From Octopus sinensis (lineage: Eukaryota), in the NCBI RefSeq assembly GCF_006345805.1, contig NC_043004.1, positions 69,502,001 to 69,566,000 on the forward strand: DNA of 64,000 nucleotides, in the 5' to 3' direction. This document shows positions 39,566 to 52,282 of this stretch, one piece after another. Under the pieces are notes generated by a model, which saw only the letters and a program-made list of their open reading frames with translations, was not told where the DNA came from and did not search any database. Position 1 is the first letter of the stretch. Each line of letters starts with the position of its first letter. The translations under genes were made by a program, and so were the position numbers.

Positions 39566-40400
39566 CTGTGTGTATGCATGTCTACACACACACATAGAAA
39601 TGATGAATAGCTTTCATCAAATGGCATTAGTTATATAAAACTTTCAACAGGAAGTTATTATTTTTGTTTTGTTTTGTTCTTGTTTTTATAATGAAATGAT
39701 ATAAATAAAAACTAAGAATATTTATCTGTATGTCTTCTGCCATTCCTTGCTGTATTTATTATTCCACTCAATATTAGGTTATTTAAAGGAGCACTTAACT
39801 AGTCCCTCGTAACGGTGATGATTCACATTGCTAACTCTACTATTAAAAGTTTCCATAGCAATAATATTCTCCACAATCAAAATATATTTACTTCAGAATT
39901 TTTTTTTCTTCAATGTCATTTGGAAGAAAAAGGAAACCAGAAAGATAATATTTAAAATTGATTTTAAAAACTCATTAAAAAATTTCTATTTGGAATTGTA
40001 TTTAACCCTTTCCTTACTGTCTACCTTATTTCTCTTCAAATATACTGTCCTTTGTGAAGGCACCTGGCTTAGTGCTTAGGGTATTACATAAAGGTTCCCA
40101 GCACATTGTTGGTGGTCATTCATCAGTTGAGATGAATGACTGTTTGCATCCTCCTCCCCTGTCACACCACTGTCCCTCTCTATTCTAAAGTGGACTCTGT
40201 CATCACATACAGTAGTAGTACTATGCTCCAAGCCACACAGCCACCACTCCACTCCTCTTTGTTGTTTGGAGAGACTGTTTTGAGTGGCTGAATTAAGGAT
40301 AACCATTCTAACAATGGATCAACAGATAAGCAATTGTGTGGAGTGGTGTAATGGCTTCAGTGGTTATCTTCTTACTTATGCACTCCTTCCTTCCTTCTGC

Positions 40401-40410
<10 letters not shown>
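38625..40410 (+). repeat. Near-identical tandem duplication, ~888-889-bp unit
   Basis: Identical ORFs at 39187-39417 and 40076-40306; junction lies in a (TG)n/(TA)n microsatellite at ~39515-39550. Confidence 0.95.
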
Positions 40411-40436
<26 letters not shown>

Positions 40437-40978
40437 ATAGTATATGTATGTGTGCATGTTTGAAGGGATAGAATCTGAGGATAGTAGAGTCACCATGGCT
40501 GGCATTTCTTAAAGATGGACAGCAACGTATTGACAGTTTAACGGCTGGCATAAAATTTTGAACTTGATGTAAAAGAAAAATCGTAAACACCAAGTTTTGA
40601 AGTGATTCTTTCTCACAACAGTAGACTCACCATGGCAAGCATTCAAAACTTCTTCATCATGGACGGCAACACATTGACGATTAAAAGGCTGGCACAAATT
40701 TTTTAGCTTGATGTAACAGAGAATTCCTAAACACTCACTCCTTTAAATTTTAATCCCCTTCCAGCCCCATTTAGACCCCTTTTCACATTTTGGTTAATAT
40801 AACCCGATTTCATTCGGGTCTACTGGGGCCACGTTTTATAAGATGAGGAATTTTGTCCTAGAGGTCACGCCTTTCATTTGAGGAAAAAAGTAGTTGTCAT
40901 GCAAACTTGCCAACACTTTTAACATAGGTGTGCATATTTTCAGCTGAACCGACTGACCACATAATGCACACATTATAT

Positions 40979-41029
<51 letters not shown>

Positions 41030-41869
41030 GTATATATATGTGGTGTGTGTGTGTGTGTGTGTGTGTGTGCACGCATTATATATACAAATGTATACAAATT
41101 ATATATATATATATGTATAAATTAAATTAGAGATAAAACCACTAATAGGCAAATCAAACAGTGAAAAACCAAAAACAAAAACATAAAAATAAAAATATAA
41201 TATAGAAAATATATAAAATTGAAAAATATAAATTATTTAAATTTAAAATAAAAATTATTAAATTATATTTATAATTTGTTTAAAAATATATATAACTATC
41301 AAAAAGTATTAAAAAGTTTAATATACATAAATACAGATATATACACTTTGTATATATACATTATATACATATTTATATATAGAACACACACACATATATA
41401 AATGAACGCAAGAAATATCTGATTCATAATATTTGTTCTCATGATTGTGTGTTGTTTGTGGCGATGATAATTCTCTCTATGAATGCAGACAGTGAGATAA
41501 AGAACGCCGTTTGACGAAGTTATAAAGGGAAAGTGAAGGGGAGTTATACGGGAAGGGAGGAAATAGCGTGAGTGAGGAAGACAGATACGTAAAAGAATGG
41601 GAGTGGACTTGTCAAAGTGGGTTTTTGGCCCTAGCAACGACACCTTTTACGATAAGGGTTTCTACAGCTATTACTAACATTAAAACATTGATCCACGCAT
41701 CTATTTATTTTATTTATATTAAGGCAAACATGTGGCTTTGTGGTTTCCTGACTACATGGTTCCGGGTTCAGTCCCTCTGCATGACTCCTTGGCCAAGTGT
41801 CTTCTATATCTTCAGGATCCACCAAAGCCTTGTGAGTGGATTTGACAGACGGAATCTGAAACAAGCTCA

Positions 41870-41918
<49 letters not shown>

Positions 41919-41920
<2 letters not shown>

Positions 41921-42420
41921 CATCATCGTTTAACATCCACTTTCCATGGTTGGACAGTTTGACTGAGGACTGGCAAGCCAGGAGGCTGCACCAGGCTCCA
42001 ATCTGATCTGGCATGGTTTCTACAGTTGGATACCCTTCCTAATGCCAACCATTCTGAGAGTGTAGTACAGTGGGTGCTTTTTATGTGCCACCTGCATGAG
42101 GGCCTGTCAGGTGGCACTGGCATCAACCACACTCGAATGGTGCTAAAAAGCAGTTGGACACCCTTCCTAATGCCAACCACTCCAAGAGTGTTGTGCAGTG
42201 GGTGCTTTTTATGTGCCACCGGCATGGGTGCCAGTTAGGCAGCACTGGCATTGGCCAAGACTAAGATTTTGCTTGACTTAGCAGGTCTTCTCAAGCACAG
42301 CATATCACCTGACAATTCAAGGGTTCTTTTAAACGGGATGGTTATGTGACACTGGTATTGGCCACAGCTACAATCTCACTTGACTTGATGGGTCTTCTCA
42401 GTCACAACATATCTCTAAAG
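41919..42420 (-). mobile_element. RTE-LINE 3' end with an internal duplication
   Basis: (CAT)n tail; acccttcctaatgccaacca occurs twice. Confidence 0.75.
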
Positions 42421-42459
42421 AGATAATGGAAAATCAAAGGTTATGTAATGGACTTCATT

Positions 42460-42540
42460 AGCTTACAGCTGTTTCCACTATAAGATGCAGTCAACTCCTA
42501 CTTGAGTTCCTGGATAACATGCTATAGCTTCATCAGAGCC
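42460..42540 (-). ncRNA. Putative type I hammerhead ribozyme with extended stem II
   Basis: ggct-CTGATGA-a-gctatag...ttatagt-g-GAAA-cagctg-TA-agct; palindromic ACAGCTGT stem III, GUA triplet. Confidence 0.55.
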
Positions 42541-42822
42541 TTGAACATGAAGTTCACTTTATTTGGGAAAATTACGTTTTCAGTCCATACAGGCATTATG
42601 AGTGAAAAAGTCTATCTTGATGCCTATGGAGAATTCTGTCCAAAAGTAGGAAAAAACTTGCAAATATATGCATGTGCCTTTCGGTGTCATCTCTTAGTTC
42701 CTCTTACCATTCTATACTTATCTAACATCGTATTCTGAAGCATATGTGTATTGAGTTCTACATCAGGTTATTAGCCTCACTATGCCTAAACGATATATTG
42801 AAATATATATATATATATATAT

Positions 42823-43105
42823 ATGATGATGGCTGTCCACTCGTAACCGAGGAAGACCATTGCCGATCTTCAGGAACATTGTGCGTTCTAGGACTAACTT
42901 ATATTTTGCATTTGCGGCTCCATTGGTGGCTAATGAGCCCTGCTCTTGACAAGCATACACAACTGCAAACATTGCAGACCAAGCTTTCCCCATTCACTAT
43001 ACGAGCCGTGCGCTTTCGTGCAGCTCGCTTAAGTTCTTCATGCTGGATACGTGCTCTCTCAAAAGTGTCGATTCCCCCCTTAACTTGCTTCCTCCATCTG
43101 TGGCA
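42823..43105 (-). mobile_element. RTE-BovB-like LINE 3' end
   Basis: RWRKQVKGGIDTFE...LVCNVCSCVCLSRAGLISHQ matches the terminal C..C.R.C.SR.GL.SH motif; (CAT)n tail. Confidence 0.8.
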
Positions 43106-43121
43106 TGTGTATGTATGTATG

Positions 43122-43152
<31 letters not shown>

Positions 43153-43477
43153 TATATATATACATGTGTTTGCATGCATTTGTGTGTGCTTGCGGTTCCT
43201 TGTGTTGAGGTCATCTGATTGTGTAAATGAGTGCTTTTGATTTCCAATATTCTACAACAAAATGTCTCACCATAGGGAAATGTTAGCTTGCTTGGAAATG
43301 GGAGGGATAGCAGCAGGAAGGAGCATCTGGCTCTGGGATGTCCACATTTGGGTAATACTGTCCCAAATGTGAAAGCAAAATTCTCACTGTGGGCTTCATC
43401 TGCATTTCGTAGAGTATCATTGATTATTGGGCACTGAAGGGCATGTATGTCTCTGGCGCTGCAAACTGCATAATAGC

Positions 43478-43508
<31 letters not shown>

Positions 43509-43750
43509 GTACATTACATGCAAACATGTATATATTTATAAACTGATACCAGAATATACACACATGCACATGTATATATTCCTAAATTAATACCAGAAAG
43601 TCTGGCACAAATCTAGGACCGGAGGCATTGTTTATATAGATTCATGTTCGTAGTCATCATCATCATCATCAACACTATTATTGTCATCAACTTTGTTATT
43701 GTTGTAGTTAATGAAATACTATCAAACCACTACCCCTACACATGCACATC

Positions 43751-43784
<34 letters not shown>

Positions 43785-44695
43785 GACATAAACACAAAGA
43801 GTCTGACAAGGTATAATAACAATAAATAGTATATTTTACTTCCTGAAAATAACTGTTTGAAGACAATTATCTACTTCGAGTAATAATAACAACAATAATA
43901 ATAATAATAATAATGGTAATAATGTTTATGATGATGATGATGATAATAATTATGACAAAAAGTAATAGTAGTAGTAGTAGTAGTAGTAGTAATATCAACA
44001 ACAACAATGATGATAGTGACTATTATTATTATTATTCCTTATTCCATTTCCAAGGAAAAAAAAGTTAATTCTCCTGGTATTTCAAAATACATTTTTAAAC
44101 AAGTAAACACCAGATGGCAAATATTATTTTCAACTCAGAGAAACATGTTATCCCAACATTCATTAAAAAAAAAAACCATTCTTACATGATATTACATACA
44201 CACACAGTGTGTGTGTGTGTGTGAAGGGAGGAAGTTTAGTAGTTAGGCTATCGCACTCATGATCCCAAGATTGTGGTTTCAAGACCAGATGTGCACTGTG
44301 TTCTTCAGCAAAATACTTCATTTTATGCTTCTCCAGTCTGCTCAGCTGTAAATAGGTGACCCTGTGATGGACTGGCCTTCTACTCTGAAGGCAGTGCTGG
44401 CCTGCTCGACTACTAAAGCCTCAGCTCAACCAAGGCCTTGTGAGCTGATTTGTATGTGTGTATTTGTGTTAGCCTGCACCTCACTGTTTGACAAATTCTT
44501 CTTGATGTGTTTATGTCCCCATAGCAGTTCAGTAATAGGGATCAATAGAAAAATACTGGGGTTGATTCATTTGACTAAAAATTCTTCAAGGCAGTGCCCC
44601 AGCATGGCCAAAGTCTAATGACTGAAACAAAAGATATATATATATATATATAATATATATATATTATATATCATATATATATATATATATATATA

Positions 44696-45067
44696 GGCGC
44701 AGGAGTGGCTGTGTGGTAAGTAGCTTGCTAACAACCACCGTTTGCGGGTTCAGTCCCACTGCGTGGCATCTTGGGCAGTGTCTTCTGCTATAGCCCCGCC
44801 GCCAATGCCTTGTGAAGTGGATTTGGTAGACGGAAACTGAAAGAAGCCTTCGTATATATGTATATATATATATATGTTTGTTGTGTGTGTTTGGTGTTGT
44901 CTGTTTGTCCCCCTAGCCTTGCTTGACAACCGATGCTGGTGTGTTTACGTCCCCGTCACTTAAGCGGTTTGCAAAAAGAGACCGATAGAATAAGTACTAA
45001 AAGGTGTGCTCCAGCATGGCCGCAGTCAAATGACTGAAACAAGTAAAAGAGTAAAGAGTAAAGAGTA
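44696..45067 (+). mobile_element. SINE family A, full length with small indels
   Basis: ggcgcaggagtggctgtgtggtaag head; (agagtaa)n tail. Confidence 0.85.
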
Positions 45068-45549
45068 TATACTATATAATGGTGGAAATTAACTTCTGAC
45101 CGAGTAAGAGCACTTCCTAGACTTAGAAAGTCAGTGCAAACATCTCCAAGAGTTCAAGAAGTTCCTGCATGTGAATTTACTTTGAGTGGAGAAAGTGTTG
45201 CACTGCACTGAACCGACTTTCTAGTGCAGTCGGTTATAACACCAGTGGCTCAACTGTGATTGAGATGGCCAGGAACCAAATGCATCTCAGGGTTTTTTTT
45301 TTTTTTCTTTTTTTTTTGTATATGAGTTTACCTTCTGAAAAGAACAAGGGGTCCTTGTCTCCTGTTGGATCACATGCTTATTAACCTATAGTTGGGACCC
45401 TAGCAGGTGCTGCTATTCCAGATCAGAATAGACCTGAGGACAATAGCAGCTAATAGGTGGTACCATACTCCTCAAAACTCTGGGACTCCTGTGTTAGGGC
45501 CCTTCTACCAGATGTAATTTGAAGTCATGCTTACACACACACTCACACT

Positions 45550-45875
45550 CACACTGGCACTCCATCAATTATGACAAAGATTCCAGTTGATCCAATCAAC
45601 GGAACAGCCTGTCTGTGAAATTAACACGCAAGTGGCTGAGCACTCCACAGACATGCATACCCTTAACATAGTACTCAGGAAGATTCACTGTGACACAGAG
45701 CGTGACAAGGCTAACCCTTTGAAATAGAGGTGCAACTCATTTGTGCCAGCGGAGTGGACTGGAGCAATGTGAAATAAAGTGTCTTGCTCAAGGACACAAC
45801 ATGCTGCTGGGAATTGAACTTGCGACCTTACAATCATGAGCGAAATACCCTAACCACTAAGCCACATGCCTTCAT
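45550..45875 (-). mobile_element. SINE family C (tRNA-derived)
   Basis: Minus strand: gtggcttagtggttaggg (box A), gttcaattccc (box B), gtgtccttgagcaagacactt; 3' part shared with 52435-52610. Confidence 0.8.
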
Positions 45876-45987
45876 GTATATATAAGCAAATCCAAAAAGA
45901 AAAACAGGAAAAGTCAATTAGACGTACACCGTGAATATATTATACTGATGGTCAGTGGAAGTTTTAGATGGTAAAATAGGAATGGAA

Positions 45988-46018
45988 ATGACGTTTTGAG
46001 CATGGCTCTTCATCAGAT
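45988..46018 (-). ncRNA. Degenerate minimal hammerhead motif
   Basis: at-CTGATGA-a-gagc(cat)gctc-AAAA-cg-TC-at; the G12 to A change is consistent with CpG decay. Confidence 0.45.
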
Positions 46019-46148
46019 AGGGGAAAACGTCCGGAGAGGAAGAAAAGGAGGAAGGAACCGATAGTCTGGAGAAACGTATGTATGTCATTGCATGGCCTAA
46101 TATGTGTGTATATATGCACACATACATATATGTATATATGTATGCATA

Positions 46149-46442
46149 TCATCATCATCATCATTTAGCGTCTGCTTTCCATGCTGGCATGGGTTGGATG
46201 GTTCAACTGGGGTCTGTGAAGCCAGAAGGCTGCATCAGGCCCAGTCTGATCTGGCAGTGTTTCTACAGCTGGATGCCCTTCCTAACGCCAACCACTCCGT
46301 GAGTGTAGTGGGTGCTTTTTACGTGCCATCCGCACAGGTGCCAGACGGAGCTGGAAAACGGCCACGGACGGATGGTGCTTTTTACGTGCCACCGGCACGG
46401 GGACCAGGCGAGGCTGGCAACGGCCACGATCGGATGGTGCTT
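46149..46442 (-). mobile_element. RTE-LINE 3'UTR-derived repeat
   Basis: (CAT)n tail and repeated gtgctttttacgtgcca modules. Confidence 0.8.
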
Positions 46443-46485
46443 GTATATATATATCCATATATACATGCATATATATATATATATA

Positions 46486-47724
46486 CACAGACATGAGAAG
46501 AAAATAGACATCCTTATAATCATTGAAATTTATTTAAATCTGAAATTATACATTCAAATTATTTATTAATTGTTATAAAGTGAATATTTAATATTTAGTA
46601 GACATGCCCATTGCATTTTCCAGTGCAAGGACCATATTAGGTATGTTACTGATCAGATGACGAATATTCTCTTGAGGAATTTCTTGCCAAGTTTCATGCA
46701 GTAATCTCAAAAGATTTGGCTTTGAATATACTTTCTTGTTCTTTTTATGAAGTATCCTGTCCATTATGTCCCAGAAGTGTTCAATAAGGTTCATATCTAG
46801 TGACTGGTTTGGACAAGAAAACTTTCTAATGCCATTCTCATCCAACAAATCTTGAGTCATTTTAGCTGTGTGACAAGGAGTCCCATCTTGCATAAATAAA
46901 GAATGTTCATTAATCATTTCACCACTGGAGAAAATTGGAAGGAGCGCTTTCTGCAATATGGACACATATTTATCTGAGTTTATGTTTCCCTCACATTCCA
47001 CCAGCTCCGATTAACCATTGCTCCAAGTTGCTCCCCAGGCCATCACAGAATAGCTGCCATGTTTCATTGTTGGCTGCAATCTTTTCGCATCAAATTCTTG
47101 ATCACAAAGTCCCCAGACCCACACTCGACCACTGTTAGGAAATACAGCAAATCTGGACTCATCAGAGAATATGACAGTGTCCTGTTAGTGGCCTCTCCAC
47201 CATCTCACTGGCCCAATCTTTTCTCCACTTGATGTTGGCTGGGCAAAGAAGTGGTTTTCTTCTTACTGCTCTGTCATAGTAACCAAGTTTGTGGAGATAC
47301 CTGACAGGTGTTCTGGGACTGACATCAACTTGTTCAGCAATGTCAGAGGCCTTTCAACCAGGATTATTCTCCACACTTTTCTTAGCAAAGAGAAGGGTCT
47401 TGTCAGAGGGCCCTAAAGTGAAGTGATGTTGACTCTTTTCCCTCTCTGGTGAGTTGCACAATCACTCCATTAACTGTAGAAAACGGGATCCCAAGGCTTT
47501 CTGTGATTTTACGCTGACTATATCCACCTTCAGAATGACCCACAATACGGCCTCTTTGAAATTCAGACAGTTCCAAGGCTTCTTTTGTACATGGCATGAT
47601 TAAACAGTCTCATATAGAACCTGAAACATAAAAATGTCAATTCATAAGAAATATAAACCTTTACAAGTTAGAATAAACAGTAAACGATGTTTTATGTGGA
47701 GTCTATTTACTTCTGTCATGTGTG
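46486..47724 (-). mobile_element. Fossil Tc1-like transposon with disrupted transposase (47597 to 46588)
   Basis: [20 protein letters not shown] (paired-like HTH), VIFSDESRF, FMQDGTPCHTAK, CPNQSLDMNLIEHFW (DD34E region); degenerate TIRs acatgagaagaaaatagac / gtctatttacttctgtcatgt. Confidence 0.9.
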
Positions 47725-47741
47725 CGAGTGTGTGTATATAA

Positions 47742-47876
47742 ATCAATGAAATTCCAATTTAGTCGGATTTTCACATTTTACTATTTGCAATTTTTACAAT
47801 TTTACAATATTGAAATTGTAAAAATTGCAAATAATAAAACGTGAAAATCAGAAGAAGTTGAAATTTAATTGATTAA
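47742..47876. repeat. Imperfect AT-rich palindrome
   Basis: gattttcacattttactatttgcaatttttacaattt / aaattgtaaaaattgcaaataataaaacgtgaaaatc centred on caatattg. Confidence 0.8.
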
Positions 47877-47902
47877 TCTTCTATACCCAATCATACAAAC
47901 TT

Positions 47903-47941
<39 letters not shown>

Positions 47942-48756
47942 CATCCAGCGAACACCGACCATAAGTCATCACAGTTGCTCAAAGGTAAAATATATATATA
48001 GATATATATATATATATATATATATTTTATATATCTATCATGACAGGTTTCTGTCTACCAAATTCACATGCATGGCATCGTCAGTGCTCAGCACTGTAGT
48101 AGAAGAAACCTGGCCATTGTGTCTCAGCATGTGACTAAACCTTCTGGCAGTGAATCAGTTTTCTCAGCTACCACAGCCATGCCCGTACCTATATCGTAAA
48201 ATAATCAAGAACTAAATTACAACTATTCAATGAACAACATATTTCATTTCAATTCTAAAAATTTCTTATAAGATTTAATTTGTATATATCAAAATAACCA
48301 TAAATTTTATTTCTTAAGCATCCTCCTTTCTTCTCTTCAGCTTTAAATATCAAGTTTGTATCAAGAACATGATTGCTTTCTCAAGAATTTTGTGTAGAAA
48401 AGAATGTTTTTTTTGTTTTTTGTTGCATATTTTTTTATATATATATATAACTGTTAATATAAAAATATGATTATGCTTCAATATGGAAATAGAAACTAGG
48501 AAAATAAATCTTTATTTTCAAGTATTTGTGTTTTATAAATATGTGTATGTGTTAGATATGTATCTATCAACACACACACATACACACACGTGTGTATGTA
48601 TATATTTAACAGTATATATATATATATATATGTGAGTACATGTGTACACACATATGCACATATACACATATATATATATATACATACATTCATAAATATA
48701 CACACATATATATACATAGATTTACACATTCATACACACTCATATATATTTATAGC

Positions 48757-49162
48757 TCCATCCGAGCAGGATCACTACCAGAGCAGCCGCCTGGCTTCCG
48801 TGCCGGTGGCACGTAAAAATCACCATTTGAGCATGATCATTATCAGCGTCGCCTTACTGGCATGTGGACAAAACATTTGAGCTATGTTGTTGCCAGTGCC
48901 ACTGGACTGACTCCTGTGCAGGTGGAATGTAAAAAACACCATTTGAGCATGGCCGTTGCCAGTACCGCCAGACTGGCCCTCGTGCTGGTGGCACGTAAAA
49001 GCACCCACTACACTCTCGGAGTGGTTGGCATTAGGAAGGGCATCCAGCTGTAGAAACTCTGCCAGATCAGATTGGAGCCTAGTGCAGCCATCTGGTTCGC
49101 CAGTCCTCAGTCAAATCGTCCAACCCATGCTAGCATGGAAAGCGAATGTTAAATGATGATGA
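48757..49162 (+). mobile_element. RTE-LINE 3'UTR-derived repeat
   Basis: Three gtggcacgtaaaa-type modules, then the conserved end and a (GAT)n tail. Confidence 0.8.
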
Positions 49163-49238
49163 TAATATATATATATATATAATATATATATAATATATTA
49201 TATATATATCATTATCATCATCATCATGTGTGTTTGTG

Positions 49239-49283
<45 letters not shown>

Positions 49284-49364
49284 TACATGTTATGTATGTG
49301 TGTGTGTGTGTTATATATATATACACACACACACAAAAACCATACATACATACATTCATGCACA

Positions 49365-49410
<46 letters not shown>

Positions 49411-49584
49411 CGTGAGATTGTGCAAATGGTAGATATTTACAAATGATGTGAGTTCAAACCTCATGGATAGCTTTTGATTTCTTCCATCGAAAGGAACTAT
49501 TAAACCCAATATTCTGCACTCTATTACTTATTGCTTTATGTGCTTCAAGTTCCACTGCTCCAAAAATGATTTCTATGACCTTGT

Positions 49585-49795
49585 ATCTTTTACCTTTTGC
49601 TTGCTTCATTCATTTGTCTGTGGCCATGCTGGGGCACCATTTTAAAGGTTTTCTTACTCGAATGAATCAAAACTAGTACTTCTTTTTTTTCTGTCAGCCT
49701 GGTCCCAATTCTGTCAATTTCTTTTTGCTGAACTGCTGAGAGGCAGGGATGTCAACAAACCAACATTGGTTATCAACCGGTGGTATCAATCACAG

Positions 49796-49841
<46 letters not shown>

Positions 49842-49995
49842 TTAGACACAACTGGCTTCTATTGGTTTCTAACTACCAAATCCACTCATAAGGTTTTGGT
49901 TGACCCAAGGATATAGTAGAAGATACTTACCCAAGGTGCCACGTAGTGGGACTGGACCCAGAAGTAAACTTTTCACTACACAGCCACAACTGCAC
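49585..49995 (-). mobile_element. SINE family A, older copy
   Basis: Collinear with consensus. Confidence 0.75.
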
Positions 49996-51145
49996 ATGTG
50001 GTATATAAAACAAACACATAACAAATGCTTGAAATTGCCAGAGTTCATTAGAGCATTGGTGCAAATGCTTTGAGACATTGGTTCCAGTCCTCCGTGGCCT
50101 GAGTTCAAACCTTGCCAAGGTTGGCTTTGACTTTCATCCTTCCAGACTTGAATAAAAAAAGTACTTGTGCAGGACAGTGGATTGATGGAATTCTTAGAGT
50201 ACCAGATGAGACAGATTCCTTGCAGTTGGTTCTTCCTTGTACCATTCCTTATCTACAATGTAGTTTTAAGTGAAATTTTTGCAAGCTTGGCTTAAGTGAG
50301 GAGATAGTGGATATTATTTCAAGATGTCAGTGCATGAAATGAACATTAAGAAGTGTTGGGTGGCTGCAAGCGTCCTTCAAAGTTCTTACACACATACATC
50401 AATACACATGTACACATACACACGTGTGTGCACTTGCACGCACACACACAATGCAAAAAACAAAATATGAAATAGAGAGGTAGTCAGAGAGAGACAGAAA
50501 AGCAGAGAAGGAAAGAGAGAGACAGAATGTATGAGAGAGATAAGGGGGTGACAAAATGAGAGGCAGAAAAGGAAAGAGAGAGAAAGAGACAGACTGTGAG
50601 TGAGAGAGGGGGGCAGGGGTGGACTGAGAGACAGAAGAGATACAAAGAGGGCTGCAAAGTGAAAGGCAGAGAAAGAAACGGGGGGGGGATGAGAGAGGAG
50701 GTAAGGGGGTGCAAAGTGAAAGGCAGAGAAAGAAAGGAAGAGTTAGAGGCCAAGAGAGAAAGGAAAAATCTACACATGCTCTGAAACAAAAACAATGACA
50801 ACAACAACAACAACAATTATAAAACCTAATTATATTATATATGTTAGTTAATTGCAAATGGAATTATTGTCAATATTATTTAAAAGGGAAAATAGGTGGT
50901 GGGAGGAGAGATTGAGAATGATTAATTAAAAATATTGTTTCATTAAAATTTCTAATGAGAACAGACAAATGTTGATAATTGCTACAACTTTAGAAGAATC
51001 CGAAGACGAATAATGACAACAACAACAACAGTAATAATAATAATAATAATAATAACGGTGATTTATGTCCCACCAAAGTGACGGATGTGTGGTGGAGGTG
51101 GACATTAGAGACGAACTTAAAATGGAGTGTGCAAAAGTAAATTTA

Positions 51146-51500
51146 ATCATCATCATCATCATCGTCGTTTAACGTCCGTTCTCCATGCTAGCATGGGTTG
51201 GACGGTTCGACCGGGGTTCTGGGAAGCCAGAAGGCTGCACCAGGCTCCAGTCTAATCTGGCAATGTTTCTACAGCTGGATGCCCTTCCTAACGCCAACCA
51301 CTCCGTGAGTGTAGTGGTGCTTTTTACGTGCCACCTGCACAGGTGCCAGGCGGGGCTGGCAACGGCCACGGTCAATTGGTGTATTTTATGTGCCACCGGC
51401 ACGGAAGCCAGTCGAGGCGGTGCTGGCATCGGCCACGAGTCGGATAGTGCTTTTTACGTACCACCAGACCAGGGATCCTGGCTGGTTCAATTCGATTTCG
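51146..51500 (-). mobile_element. RTE-LINE 3'UTR-derived repeat, young
   Basis: Near-consensus, CpG-rich, three internal modules. Confidence 0.8.
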
Positions 51501-51732
51501 ATAGCCTTTGAAATTTAAAAAATAAAATAGATATTTGCATTGTTTTAACTACTGTTTGAACAAATTCAAACACACGCACACACTCTTTTACTCTTTTACT
51601 TGTTTCAGTCATTTGACTGTGGCCACGCTGGAGCACCGCATTTAGTCGAGCAAATCGACCTCAGGACTTATTCTTTGTAAGCCTAGACAACAAAAAGATA
51701 TATTAGTAATAACACTCGGGAAGTGAAAAAGT

Positions 51733-51768
51733 CTTTAACGTTTCAAGCCTACACTCGTTCACAGAAAG
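51733..51768 (-). ncRNA. Degenerate copy of the A6U hammerhead-like family
   Basis: cttt-CTGTGAAc-gagt(gtag)gctt-GAAA-cg-TT-aaag. Confidence 0.35.
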
Positions 51769-52069
51769 GAACACGGAAAAAAAAAGGGAGAGAAAATAAA
51801 GAATGCGTAGTGGCTAGCAATCTATCAAAGACAAGGCATAAATAATGGTTATTACCTTTTTCTTTATTGTTGTTGTAATAACTGTTATTTATGCCTAGTC
51901 TTGTATATCACTCTGTTAAAAACCAGTTTAACTGGAACACAACCACAGATTTACAAAAGAGAATGGTAATGAACTATAACCTCAGACTCTGCCACAAGAA
52001 TACACAAAATTCTTTACTAATCTAAACAATATTGTTAGCCTGCTGTACTAACAGAGAGCTTAACAGTCC

Positions 52070-52234
52070 AGAAGTGGCAGTTCAGTAAGTAGTTTGCTCA
52101 CCAACCACATGGTTCCAGGTTCAGTCCCACTATGTGGAACTTTGGGCAAGTGTCTTCTTCTATAGCCTTGGGCCAGCCAAAGCCTTGTGAGTGGATTTGG
52201 TAGACGAACTGAAAGAAGCCCACCATATAATATA

Positions 52235-52282
<48 letters not shown>

